Origin: Tubulanus polymorphus
Taxonomy: Eukaryota; Animalia; Nemertea
Direction: 5' to 3'
Assembly: GCF_964204645.1 (NCBI RefSeq)
Contig: NC_134027.1
Span: 20,484,560 to 20,548,559, forward strand
DNA length: 64,000 nucleotides
In this document: one piece after another, positions 51,022 to 62,776 of the stretch
Layout of the letters: each line of letters opens with the position of its first letter
Numbering within the stretch: position 1 is the stretch's first letter
Program-made: the position numbers and the translations under genes
Notes under the pieces: model-generated
What the model saw: the letters and a program-made list of their open reading frames with translations, nothing else
The model's database searches: none
What the model was told of the DNA's origin: nothing

Positions 51022-52235
51022 GTAAAATCATAATAGACTTCATATACGTATAGCCCCCATATATATTAAAGAAGCTACTGTAATTCTGCTCAAATGAGAT
51101 CTTAAAGCCTTAATGTATCTGGACCCAGTTTCTGTTATTGCACCAGATAAGATACGATTCAGTATCATTTGGTTAGTCCATTCTCCCTTGCGGGGATTTA
51201 GACCTGATTGCACTTGTATGGCTTAACCTTAGTTTGAAATCTGGTTGGTTCTTGGCCATCTGGGTCTAATTCTTGCAAAGGGAAGTGTGGCAGTCTCATG
51301 ATGCCATCAGGTTCAATACCTTGTGAGGGAGGAATGTGACAGTCCTCTTTATACCATCCGGCTGAAATTCTGCTGGTTCAATACCCTCTTAAGAAATTTT
51401 TGGCCTGGAATTTAGCCTTTGCTGAATGATTGAGCTCCACGTATTGTGAATGTCAAATCCGATTGAATTCGTTTACTAACCTTGGTGCAAAATAATTCGG
51501 TCATTTGGTAGTCAAAATTGGTTCCAGCTAAATCTCAATCAACAACCAAGAACTGGATCCAGATGTTTTTCGGTTAAATCATTTTGATTAGTAGCGCACA
51601 AAATATGTTAATCTTTCTTTAATGAAAAACCTATGATTATAGAATTGCATTTATACTTTTGTATGATAAATGTTGTATAGAGCTCGGTTGACGAATAGGC
51701 AATCTTACCCCGAGTATTTTTACCCCCAATCAAACCCAGATTTGTGACGTCTGAGTATGATATATTACATTCTGTTGTCAACACTTTCACCCCTTGGGAA
51801 CTGCTGACAAATAAAACAATGACAAGTTTAGGGCACACCATCTGCTACTCTCTAGTATGAAATTTACCCGTACCATATAGATGGCAAGTGTATTAAGTAA
51901 TAGTACAAAATGTAATGTGTGCAACAACCTAGATTAGACTTTACCATATAGATGGCGATGCTGTCTATATTGTTGCATAGTTGTTCAACTGGATCATCTG
52001 CAACGTACTAGTTATTAAACATTTCCGCATAGATGGTGGCACTGTCGAGTCTTCATCCTACACCTCCCAGAATAGGGTACTGATGGGTTAAAGCAGGTAA
52101 TTGCTCAAGAGTAATGCAGGTTGACCCTGGAGTTAGGTAGCATTGCCTATGTACCTATGCGCAGAGCTCATATGAATGAATAATTTTGGGACATTTTAGA
52201 ATTTTTACGTGTTGTAAACTGATTGAAATTTGCAG

Positions 52236-52271
52236 ATCATCGATTAAGAACCAATAGTGTTATATCAACCG
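52236..52271 (+). CDS. PIEZO: candidate Piezo short exon HRLRTNSVIST, 36 nt, phase 1-1
   Basis: aatttgcag acceptor, CCG|gtaaga donor, open in phase 1. Confidence 0.7.
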
Positions 52272-54872
52272 GTAAGATACCTACAATCGTAATCTGATGA
52301 GCTGGTAAAATATCTAACCTCACACCCTGACACTTCGGCTTGCACTACAGAGGAGGCAATTCAATAGTTGTGAAAACAAGTAATTTGATTTCATTTTAGC
52401 TAGAAGTGCGTTGTTTCATTTTGGTCAGTCGACTCTAATTTCTAGTGGAATTTATCTCGCGTTCCCGTTACTGTGACTCGGTTCCGCATATGTCAGTTAA
52501 AGTTCAGCTCTCAACTTCATTTTGAATTATTTCGTATCTTCATTTGAATTTTATTTGTGCCCGTGGAACTGGATCCTGAGAACTAAGTTCAACGCGCAGT
52601 TGTGAGGTTGATTCAACTTAAAAGTTTCAAAGTTTGTTCATTTTCGATTACTTAAGCTGAAGAATGGAATTTAACTGATGACTCATAATGTTTGAAATGA
52701 GCCAAGTTTCTCGATAAACTTTTTTATCAGTTTTTATGAAAATTGGTTTAAATTTCTGAAGAATTGTGGTCTTAGGTTAAAACAATCATTAACTTATTGC
52801 TTTATCCTGGATAATGCAGTCAAGTTAGGGTTCATCAGCAATTTTCCTACCTTTTTCGGCTATTAGAAAATTTTTTTACGTCAAATATACTTATGCAACT
52901 TATGTTAATCAAGCTTGACTGTAAAAACATCAACTAATCATTCTGATAGAAAAATCAATCATTATTTTCAATGCGGATAAGGAACTGTTTTATCAATGAA
53001 AATTTTTACAATTTATGTAAAATGTTCAAGTGTAAACTTGTTTATGGTGCAGTGAAGTGTAGGGTGTGAGATTTATCCTTTTTACTGCTGAAGGGCATTT
53101 CCACTTCTTGTGGTATGCATAAATGTAGACTGATGTTTCAAACCATTTTTGAAATCCTGGGTCTGAATTTTTGGCTAAAAATTAAACTTGCATGCTCAGG
53201 TTTGGATGCACAATCATGACTTAGATCGGAGTAAAAATGGCCTTTGATCCTACTGACATGGCCTTAAGTTGTTTGATTATTTGCTGCAGAACTATATTGG
53301 TCTTAGATTTAGGTCCTTGCAACTTTGATATGATTGAAGCCTAGTTGTCATGACTTAAAGAGTCAAAAGTGGTCTTAAAATCTTAAGACTGGTTTTGAGT
53401 TGTTAGATTGATTATAGAATTATGATGGGGTTAGACTGGTAATATATCTGACATCAGGATCACATGTGTAGGCCTGAACAGATTAAGCCAAATTTGGCCC
53501 TACCGAAAACGTCAGACCAGGCCCGTGCCTCAATTTAGCATTAATTAGATTATTCCTCAAAGCATTAAGTGTGAATCTAACTTGTTCTGGAAGTGACTGG
53601 CCATGCTTACCACAACATTATTTTGATAGCTTTTAGTTATGAGTGAGTGATCTACCATAGGCCTCTCCTTGTGAACGCATTCTCTTAATTAGGCAGAAAC
53701 CAAATGTGACTCATCAAATCATCTATTTTATCCGTGGGCCTCTTTCAACGCAGTTGTGATTGAGAATGCGCTACACCTTTCGGTCTTAAAGTGTCAAATC
53801 TAATATCCAATGGCTGTTGAATGATCCGGTCATTGCTTTTTTCACAGTTGTGTGTAGAATTTTACTCTGGACCCAGTTTTGATGTGCCTCCCGAGAGATT
53901 GCCCGGAAATAGAGAATTTGCAAATTACCCAATAACGTTTGACATCAGTGTTACATTTGTGTTTTTGAAATTGATGCAAGTTTATCATTTCAAAGTCTTC
54001 AATACCATTCAAATAAAAATGAATGTTAAATTTGCTTAATGTAAATGTTTTGATAATTCTTATCTCTTCATGATGCAAGCCAAATTTTGCATCCAGTGTT
54101 TTCATTTGCTGCAAAATGCGTATAGCCGCGCACCTCTCGGCATCCTTGGACATCCTTGGTTTAGGATATCTCTTGCTCCGGCATTGCAAAGATTTCAACT
54201 TGATGATGCCACCAGATTCTGTCACCTTCCTCTTTGGTCGGAAATTGTTGTTAGAGACGAACAAGGCAGTGTCTCATGATACCACCAGGTTAAAACCTAG
54301 GCAAGGTAGGAATGTGTGGCAGAGTTAGGTTTGAATATTCCTATTTTAATCTGTTCAAGGGAGGAATGAGATAAAAGCCACGATCACATGGCGGCGATTT
54401 GACCCAGTTCATTCCCGCGTCAAATTTGGCCCGTGCCTAATGAGCGAGTGCATTCACTCGTCAATAACTCACTCGATACTAAACAAAGAGAAGTGAGTCA
54501 CTTCCAGCACGATGTAGAGTTTTAATTCACATGCATTGATTTGACCCGTGCTAAAATTTGGCTGGGGCCTGGACCGGCGCTTTTTTGATCGGGCCAAATT
54601 TAGTCACGGCCAAATTGGCACAGGCCCAATCGGCACCTGCATACACCGGCCAAAAATGTTTGTGTGATCATGGTGGCTAACGTCCCATGATGCCATCAAG
54701 TTCAAAAGCCTGCATAGGAGGATAGGCCATTATTCTAAAAATACGGAGGAATAAGGGCTGAAGAAAAAAAATATACAAAACTGAATGTTCCAAGGATGCA
54801 GTCCGTTCCAATTGCATGATCTTCATTCCAAAGACGGATGACCTCACATTTAATACCTAGTAGTTATTACAC

Positions 54873-55331
54873 AAGGGGCCCTGCCTAAAGTATGTATGCC
54901 TGTAAGGGATAGGGGGTCTTGAAAAGCCATACGAAAATGTACTGGGAGAGGGGAAGGGTGAGCTCTAAGTGTACACACTTTTCTAAGGGGGGGGGGATTA
55001 ATGCGTATAGTACGTACTTAGTGCATCAAAAACAATTTTACGTGATTAACACTATGCGATTTTTACAAATATCTCCTATACCTATTTGTTATCCTGGAAA
55101 TTCCCCACTCTCAATCTTTCACTTCATCGATACCGTTATCGTCGTCGGACCCCTGATGAATGCTGGTGAATTTTTCCTTCTCTAAACCGTGTATCCTGAA
55201 AATTTCTGTTTTACAGGGGGTCATCCATAAAAGTATGTACAAAAGTTGGGTTATTAAAAATGTACTGAGAACGTACATTCAGGAAGGGGGATAAACATAC
55301 CCAAGCGTACATACTTTATGCGTCGTCCCTA
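54873..55331. mobile_element. Tourist/Harbinger-like MITE (degenerate)
   Basis: agggg...taaagtatgtatgc versus gcgtacatacttta...ccct inverted ends. Confidence 0.55.
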
Positions 55332-56455
55332 ATTCCTCACTAGAGCATAAAATATCGAATTATTCTTCGTGATAAAGGCGAAAACTCAATTCTTTCAAAT
55401 TACCTTATGTAAAACATGCATATTATGACTATGAATATTATCATAAATGTAATTCATTTGCAGACGCATGGTTCTATGATATATGAATGGCACCTGAGTA
55501 TAATCTTCTTCCTTCGATTTTTTTTCTTTCAGAATCCTATGAATTTACGTGGTTTTTGATAAAGATGTTTCTAGTCGCATGAAAATGTCTGAAATCTTTA
55601 TTTTATGTTTTTGCATCATATTCTGAATGGGAAATCTTATATAGATGTATTGATTTTCTACAAATATCTCTTTTGTAATATTTTGTTTGTGGTCCTATAT
55701 ATGTATTTTCATATATGGCGGTGTCGTTGACCCTGAAGTTGACTCAAGGGGTGACATTGACTATATTTAAACCGGCCCAACGGAAATTTATTCCCCATCG
55801 AACTAGTTTACAATAATGCAGTTTTTGATGAAATAGTTGTTATGAGTGTTGTTCATTCCGTCGTCTGATGGGCCTACGGATTATGTACCTAGATTTCAAG
55901 TCGGTATTTTGGTGTAAATTCTATTTCCCACCGCAATCAATACCAATGATAATAGAAAAGCCAAACTCAGACGATAGATAAAATGGTTAAAACCCACTCC
56001 TGCTGGCAGCTTAGAGTGTGCGGGCAACACTTCAGAGGCGTGAAGTTAAATGAATAATCCAATTGGGTTAGTCTTGGGAAACCAAGATCCAAGTGATGTA
56101 AAGCCAAACAAATAATATATACATTTATCTGACAAGAATTGAAATCACAAAGATTCAGCATTTCGGAATCTCTCTAGAGACCATCATCAAGTGAGAGTCC
56201 AAAACGTCATGTTTTCAATTGTATGTTGGTGGGTTTAACCTTTTTGCCCTCAATACTATCAGGCTTGTGCGGTAATTTCCATCAACAATAGAAAAGATGA
56301 ATAGCCACCTTGCAGCCATAGCTGAATTCTGTATTTCTCAGTTCTAACAAATTATTTTAGTTTTGACCGTAGAAATTGATCTCTTTGGTGTGATAGGAGT
56401 CTTCAGAACAAGCTGATGTATTGAATCTTGTATTTTTTCTCCGCCATTGTTTCAG

Positions 56456-56607
56456 CTTTCACTCAAGACGCGGAGAAATTCGTCAAATTCGTTGTCGGGC
56501 ACAGTTCACGTATTTGGTCCCTTGTGTCATGGATTATATGGAGAATCTGTGAATTACATATATTCAAAATCGTAGCATTTACGATTCTGATGGTGGCGGT
56601 AACAGAG
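56456..56607 (+). CDS. PIEZO: Piezo exon (FTQDAEKF...WRICELHIFKIVAF...E), 152 nt, phase 1-0
   Basis: tgtttcag acceptor, GAG|gttagt donor; WR..ELH..K motif. Confidence 0.95.
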
Positions 56608-56717
56608 GTTAGTTATCCGTCCTTCTCATTTGCATGTTTCTTTAGTTGACTCTTTTAACTTCCTTCATAAGTCTATGACATTATAGACATTATGTCTATG
56701 TTTTTTTTCATCGGCAG

Positions 56718-56891
56718 GTCACGGCTGTAAATATGATATTATTGCTGATGTTACTGGTACTGATACCATTCAAATCTCTGCGACCGCTAATGTCAGTTTT
56801 TTGTATGCTTTGGGCATCAGTGCTCATTCTAGCGAAGATGATTTATCAAATTGATTTGGTGCCAAATAACTTCTGGAAATCAAACTGTACT
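56718..56891 (+). CDS. PIEZO: Piezo exon (VTAVNMILL...KMIYQI...SNCT), 174 nt, phase 0-0
   Basis: cag acceptor, ACT|gtaagt donor; KM.YQ and NCT motifs. Confidence 0.95.
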
Positions 56892-56984
56892 GTAAGTATA
56901 AAAATAATGAAAAATCCTATAATCAAGAGTAAGCCCTAAGTGGTTTTTGCTTCATCACAGATACTTCAATTCCTTGTTTTATAG

Positions 56985-57083
56985 AATCGTACTGACTATC
57001 CATTTAATCAAACCGTTGACAATGCTATTTGGGTCGGACTGAAAAAAACGGACAAATTGAGACCTATCGCTCCATACCTCTGC
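56985..57083 (+). CDS. PIEZO: Piezo exon (NRTDYPFNQTVDNAIWVGLKK...PYLC), 99 nt, phase 0-0
   Basis: cttgttttatag acceptor, TGC|gtaagt donor; VD.A.W.G..K motif. Confidence 0.93.
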
Positions 57084-57117
57084 GTAAGTACAATATCTTT
57101 TTAACTAAGCATACTAA

Positions 57118-57259
57118 AGCCCAACACCCATGACACTGGGAAACGTAGAAACAGGAGAAAGAAACTTGTTTCCCTGTGTCGTATTTATTTATGAGGAACA
57201 TGGTTTTCAAGATCAAACATGTTTGTTTCTGTGTTTCCGTGCATTATGTGCGTTGGGCT
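57118..57259. mobile_element. small Harbinger-like MITE
   Basis: agcccaac...gttgggct ends with taa/tta flanks, internally palindromic. Confidence 0.65.
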
Positions 57260-57394
57260 TTACTGTTGCTTTCATTGGCACTGATTTTATATGCTGACCA
57301 ACGTGCCAAGGAATATTTTACGAGTATTTAGTCGCCAGTTTCGTATCCCTACCACCATAGAAGTGGCTGACTTGTGATTTTAGCAGGTTATATA

Positions 57395-57548
57395 TAATCC
57401 CTGTGATGGAAGAATATGCCAGAGTCTGATGATGTTGTCAGGTTCAAATCCTTGTGAGTGCAGTAGAGCTTAATGATGCCATTAGGTTCAAATCCATGTG
57501 AAGGAGGAATGTGGGAGAGCCATGAGAATATTATAATCAGGTTGAAGG
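57395..57548 (+). repeat. dispersed ~46-bp-unit tandem repeat family (gatgccatcaggttcaaatcc...gggaggaatgtg)
   Basis: related copies near 46820-46875, 51265-51385 and 54685-54725. Confidence 0.6.
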
Positions 57549-57605
57549 GATGATAAAAATTGTCCTGATATGTTCATGAGTGAATTTTGTTTCTCATACA
57601 TACAG

Positions 57606-57806
57606 TCGCTGGTTATTCTGGTGCTCGTTCTTGGGTTCGAGAGAATTATCAAACTTCATCAAAAACAACAATCAACTGATCCTGATATTCCTCAGCCACG
57701 TGAAGGTATCATCTTCCCGGATACTCGCAGAGAAGATGCTGACAAGGATTTCACTTCGTGCCTCAAATTCTTAGCAAATTATTTCTTCTATAAGTTTGGA
57801 CTTGAG
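57606..57806 (+). CDS. PIEZO: Piezo exon (SLVILVLVLGFE...CLKFLANYFFYKFGLE), 201 nt, phase 0-0
   Basis: acag acceptor, GAG|gtatgt donor; NYFFYKFGLE signature. Confidence 0.97.
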
Positions 57807-57880
57807 GTATGTAGTGAGCCAAATTAACCAACTATAAATTATTTGGGGGACACAAAATAGCATATCCGGCCCTGTATTTC

Positions 57881-58208
57881 CTTTTTAGCCCACTCGGGAC
57901 TTAGTGCCTTGTGCTAGTGAGTCATGGGGAAAACTTATCATCACGTATATATCATCATAGTTGAACCTCCTTACTTATGCTGGTGTTGTGACTTTGCCAT
58001 GATAGCATTATATGTAATATTGCAAAGATAATCTACACCTTCCCAGAACAAATCGAGTTTTGTGCTCAAAAGTAAATTGTATTCAGTCGATCCTACTGAA
58101 CCCATGGTCCTTTACTGAAGTTTTCAAGGGAAATTTTGAAGTCACTTCATCAATTGTCTTGTTGTTTCATTATTTCACCAAGTGGGTAGGTGTCCCTGGA
58201 CCCCAGTT
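57881..58208 (+). mobile_element. short/deleted relative of HINE family B
   Basis: 5' tttttagcccactcgggacttagt and 3' caagtgggtaggtgtccctggaccccagtt ends match family B. Confidence 0.6.
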
Positions 58209-58302
58209 CATCAAATTGATGATTTTGTGTCGAATATACGTACATCGGAAGATTCTGCAAAGATTAATTATCAAAATGTTTTCAAATGTTTTTCTGTTGC
58301 AG

Positions 58303-58504
58303 ACGTGCTTAATAATGATCTCTGTTAATATCGTCATACGCAGTGACGTTTATGCGGTTATCTACGCGATCATTTTAGGAATATTTTTGGTCGTTAAACG
58401 TCGTACGTGCGCTCGACTGTGGGCAGTTTATATTGTATTCCTTATTCTTGTTATCATCGTACAATATTCAAACTGTCTAGGATTGTTGCCGCGACTCTGT
58501 TTAC
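58303..58504 (+). CDS. PIEZO: Piezo exon (TCLIMISVNIVIRSD...QYSNCLGLLPRLCL), 202 nt, phase 0-1
   Basis: ctgttgcag acceptor, C|gtgagt donor; QY..CLG.P..C motif. Confidence 0.96.
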
Positions 58505-58729
58505 GTGAGTATTAGCTGTTTGAAAATTTTAGCTAATCTGTTCTAAAATGGAATGGACCAATTTAGAACAGAACACTTCCCACTAGTGTGAGCATTTGTT
58601 ATGTTCTAATTGGAACAGACTAAATTCAGAATGTTCTAAATAACTTAGTGCAATTGCCACTTGAAGATCTTTATGAAAATTTATGCTCGTGATTCGATCA
58701 TTTTCAATCCACCAATGAAAGACTACTCT

Positions 58730-59285
58730 CATTCCTGTGTTCTTTGTGAAAGCGTTTGTGCTTTTAATCCTAACAGTGACAGACTTGTCTGTGGTTCTTT
58801 TGCTGAGCTCCCCGCTGAACAATTAATGGGTCTCTGAGCTCTTTGATGCGTTCAATCCTGACAGTGACAAAATTTCTCCAATAATTGAAGGTTCCTTGAG
58901 CTCTTCACTGTTCTATTCTTTGAATCACAACTGTGACAAGGTTTCTTTCTGTGGTGCTTCTTTGAGTTTTCTATCCAACAATATTGACGGTTACTTTAGA
59001 TGTCTGTAGCCCATAATGATTCCTAAAAAAGAGTTTTTTCTGCTGCCCAGCTCAACAGTTCAATCAGTTATGAGCTCTGTACCTCACAATTGATAGTTCA
59101 CCACGACTCAGTTTCTTTCTGAAGTCCTTCTGAGAGCATTACAACCAATGGTTCATTGTACTTATCTTGACAGAGTTTCTTGCTGTATTGTATATTTCCT
59201 AGTTGTTCACTGTTTAAATGATATTTTGAATCATGTCAGTGAATTACAGAGTTTCAGACTGTGGGTCATCTCTGAGCTCTGACGG
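58730..59285 (+). repeat. degenerate tandem repeat (tgagctct / acagtgaca motifs)
   Basis: recurring tgagctc, aatcct.acagtgaca and tctgtggt motifs. Confidence 0.5.
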
Positions 59286-59345
59286 TGTCGGTGTTAGATA
59301 CTAAATTTTCATTATGTTTAATGTTACGATTATTTCTGTCTACAG

Positions 59346-59465
59346 AATATCCATGGGCGAGTTGGGTGATACTCGGCGAAAGGGCAAAAGGTATAATAAT
59401 GGAACAGTGGCTGTACTTAGCGGATTATGACGAAACGAAGCAACCATCGGCATTTCTTATCATCG
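59346..59465 (+). CDS. PIEZO: Piezo exon (YPWASW...QWLYLADY...FLII), 120 nt, phase 1-1
   Basis: tcttacag acceptor, G|gtaagc donor; YPW and WLYL.D motifs. Confidence 0.95.
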
Positions 59466-60030
59466 GTAAGCACCTCGGAAATATCCGTCTTTTTGAAATA
59501 GCGATTTCATTCATTCACCACGACCAAAATGAGTACCCCAACCACTAGCAATCCCGCGAGATGGTGGACGTATTATTAGGCTAATTCAATCAGAATCTTG
59601 TTCATTTTCAATAAACTTTCATCTAGATTTTTGGCTCCCTCATGAAATATTAGGGAAATCACGTCTCTTGATGAACTTGGATTGATCTTCTGGGTTCAAA
59701 TATAGAGCGATTTTCATCCATCATTCATAAACATTGAGAAATTTTGGATAGATTTTAATTGAATCTGAGAAGAAATCTGGTATTGTTGTCTGAATCCATG
59801 CAAGCAAACCTAGTGGACTGTCTGTCGCTTGTCATGATTGGAATCCTTGACTTCATCAGTCGATCAAAGAGTCCTCATTCCAGAATTTGGTTTTGTTCTA
59901 TCTAATCAGAAATACCAGGAGCAGAAAGTCACTTGCCACAGCACCGTAAACACGCCCTATTTCCTATAGATAATAGAATTATGTAGATAAATTAATGAGT
60001 CATAATGATTTTCTGATTTATCGATTTTAG

Positions 60031-60193
60031 CCGATTTCTTTCAACTGCTGTTCGCGTGCCTACAATGGAGGGTATTCCGAATCGAGAATAGTTCCTCGTG
60101 GATCCAATATGGTGGCGGCGACAACACGCCTTTAACCGGTGACATAGACGAAACCCAACCAAACCCGGTCAAAGATTTCCTCACTTCAAAAAT
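60031..60193 (+). CDS. PIEZO: Piezo exon (ADFFQLLFACLQWRVFRIE...GGGDN...NPVKDFLTSK), 163 nt, phase 1-2
   Basis: gattttag acceptor, AT|gtatgt donor; DF..LL..S/C.QW.VF..E and NPV.DF motifs. Confidence 0.96.
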
Positions 60194-60368
60194 GTATGTT
60201 CTTTGAGAAAATACTTTTCTATACTACAGTTTCATGGATATGTTCAACTCCTAATTTGTTTTAAATTTTATCTCGTTAACAATTTCACTGCTCACAGTTT
60301 CCCGCCTATGCTGCTGGAGTAAATTTCTAAAAATCTTAGTGGAGATTTCACCACAGAACAGTGTATAA

Positions 60369-61965
60369 AGCTGAACTCCTGTCACACTAAGATCCGATCG
60401 TCTGTGATTCCATCATAAGAACACTACTGTCACATCGTGAAGTCGAGTCGCTGGTTCGGCCAACACTTTTTTGTCACTTTTTTAGCTACATTCAGGTCAC
60501 TGAGATCCACAATCATTTTGAACTGAACACTGAAGTCATGTGATATTTACATCGCTGTTCTTTGGTTAGAACCTTACAATCGGTCGTATTAGAAATAGAA
60601 CAAGTCACATGAAATCCAATCTGATCCGATCCTCATAAGAAATAGAACATGGCTGAATGGTTTACGACCAGCGGGTCTAAGATCAGTTTTTAATGATCTT
60701 GAGAACACACTGATGTCCAGATGTTCCCCGACTGAATAAACGGTGACTAGTTGTCAATTCGCCCTTACAAAAAAATCACACATGTGATTTTTTTTAAAAC
60801 ACGTCTGATTCACATGTGTAAAAATGGGACATTATCACACGTGTGATCTTGTATGTGAATCACACGTGTGATTTTGTCCCATTTTTACACATGTGAATCA
60901 CACATGTGATACAGCCCTGAATGTGAATCACACATGTCATATAACACATTCATGTGTGATTTATAACGCATGTGATCTGCAGTCATCCTCATTGTTCCAG
61001 CTCCACATGACTGTATTCCAGAAGAAGTATAAATACACATTCTTAATGGTCAAAATTTGACCACTTCTTTCATTGGACGTGATGTTTCATCCATACTTCA
61101 CAATTTCCTAAAAACTCATTGCCTGAAAGGAGATCCACATAGTGGCAAAACAAAATGTAGTTTCAAAATTACCAACCAAATGTAATAACTAACTTGTGTA
61201 CATGTTAATGGGAATTTTATTTTCAAATAGTTACTGATTTGATTCATCGATTTATACTGTTTCAGCATTTGTCCAATCTTCTTTCTAATTTGGGCCGCGG
61301 TAACCCCCGATCTACAATTCAGAACATGATCTGGAATGAGACAAAATTATAAAACATTTAAATACCACACACACTAAATCAATAAATCAATATCCCTAAT
61401 ATCAATCATCTGATGAAAAAAGACTTTCGTACTTGGTTTTTGCACAGTAGGGGCACCAGTGTTAGATAAAATCTAACCATGTGTTGAAAATGTTGAAATA
61501 ATGAGTACAGTTATGGAAATATTCTTATTCCAACATGGATTCTATGTCAAAACTGCAGATGTTCAGAATTTGGAACCAACATGGGAATGGTTCATATCCG
61601 AAATATTCACACTGTGTTGCAGATTGGAATAACTGATGTTAATCACGTGTTATTCTAATGACATGTGTGATCCTAGCGGTAACACATGTGATCTGTGTTG
61701 TTGAGCCAATCACATGTGTGAATCACACATGTATTTCTCAATCACACATGTATTTCAGAATCACACATGTGATCATGTGTTATTCACACATGTGATATGC
61801 TCCACAACACAGATCACACGTGTGATAGCTGGAATCACATGTGTTTTCTGTGTCTTTCACACATGTAATGTGTGTTATTCACACACATAACATGTGTGAA
61901 TTTTTTGTAAGGGGATCCTTACTACCCGATGATCAGGTCGGATCTTATGCGACCTGAGTTAGGCT
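60369..61965. mobile_element. Harbinger-like element hosting a nested CMC-like element
   Basis: imperfect TIR agctgaactc...taagatccga / tcggatctta...gagttaggct, TAA duplication. Confidence 0.65.
60762..61913. mobile_element. CMC (EnSpm/CACTA-like) non-autonomous element with CACATGTG subterminal arrays
   Basis: TIR cccttacaaaaaa...ttttttgtaaggg; many cacatgtg/cacacgtg repeats near both ends; TSD not evident. Confidence 0.75.
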
Positions 61966-62051
61966 TAATAGACATTCTGCTATTTTGCGTTTACCCAGCA
62001 GTGTTGTATATTCTTTTGACTTCATTAGTATTTTTACATATTTTTTTACAG

Positions 62052-62237
62052 GTCAATATTGGATTATTGTAAGGTTGTATTGTTCTTCCACATGTTCTGG
62101 GTGACGTTGGCGGCCATATTTATAACTGCGCTGCAGAGGATCAATATCTTCTGTTTGGGATACATGGTCGGATGTTTCATTATTCTGTGGTTCGGACAAA
62201 ACTTACTCTTGAAACCAAGATCAAAATTGCTTCATGT
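62052..62237 (+). CDS. PIEZO: Piezo exon (SILDYCKVVLFFHMFWVTL...RINIFCLGY...LLLKP), 186 nt, phase 2-2
   Basis: ttttttttacag acceptor, GT|gtaagt donor. Confidence 0.96.
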
Positions 62238-62429
62238 GTAAGTGTATCACTTGAAACTGTGTTAGAGCAAGGGCAGTAGCTGAATGCATTGAGAGATGTG
62301 TCACTGGTCTTGTCAATCCAGGTTCTTCTCTGGTCTATTCCCTGTTAGAGGGAAAAATAATCCTTGAAACTGCTTGAATTGCTATGAGTGGGTTGATAAG
62401 TCATTTTTTCCATGAATTTTGTTTTTCAG

Positions 62430-62487
62430 TTGGAATGTAATCTTAGGGTACAATTACTTTGTCATTTTGGCGCGAGCTTTTCTGCTG
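62430..62487 (+). CDS. PIEZO: Piezo exon (WNVILGYNYFVILARAFLL), 58 nt, phase 2-0
   Basis: gtttttcag acceptor, CTG|gtacgt donor; W.....YN motif. Confidence 0.93.
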
Positions 62488-62776
62488 GTACGTATATGAT
62501 ATTGACTATTCAAACTGTCAATTTATTCATTAGCTGGTGAGAATTTTCTCCAAGAATGTTTAAAGTTGACCAGTGTTGAATATCAGTACAGGGATCAGTT
62601 GGGGGAAAAATCGTTTAATGACCTTCTTTGGTCATTTTGTCTACAATCATAAAAATCCTTCCCTCAAATAGTGATGAGAAATCATTGCCATAATCATTGA
62701 CACAATCTAGATTATATTTATATGTCTTTGTACCCTCAATCAGATCACAACTAGAATACCGGTAGTACACGTACTG

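Larger units (their letters stand above)
1235..62487 (+). other. PIEZO: PIEZO-type mechanosensitive ion channel gene, partial (about TM2 to TM27; 5' and 3' ends outside window)
   Basis: 22 GT-AG exons splice into one open frame (3455 nt) with Piezo motifs CLFRFN.LS, QSYI..LI.MMAWSITYH.WLTFVLL, KYWI.VC, YTYQF, DIGLE, ELHIFK, NYFFYKFGLE, NPV.DF, MFWVTL. Confidence 0.97.

Noticed and set aside
52400-52405. Possible 6-nt microexon ctagaa after a strong acceptor
   Set aside because: Donor gtgcgt is weak and 6 nt cannot be distinguished from chance without reads
55464-55585. Two acceptor-like sites (ending 55463 and 55532)
   Set aside because: No phase-compatible donor; the phase-1 frames run into stops
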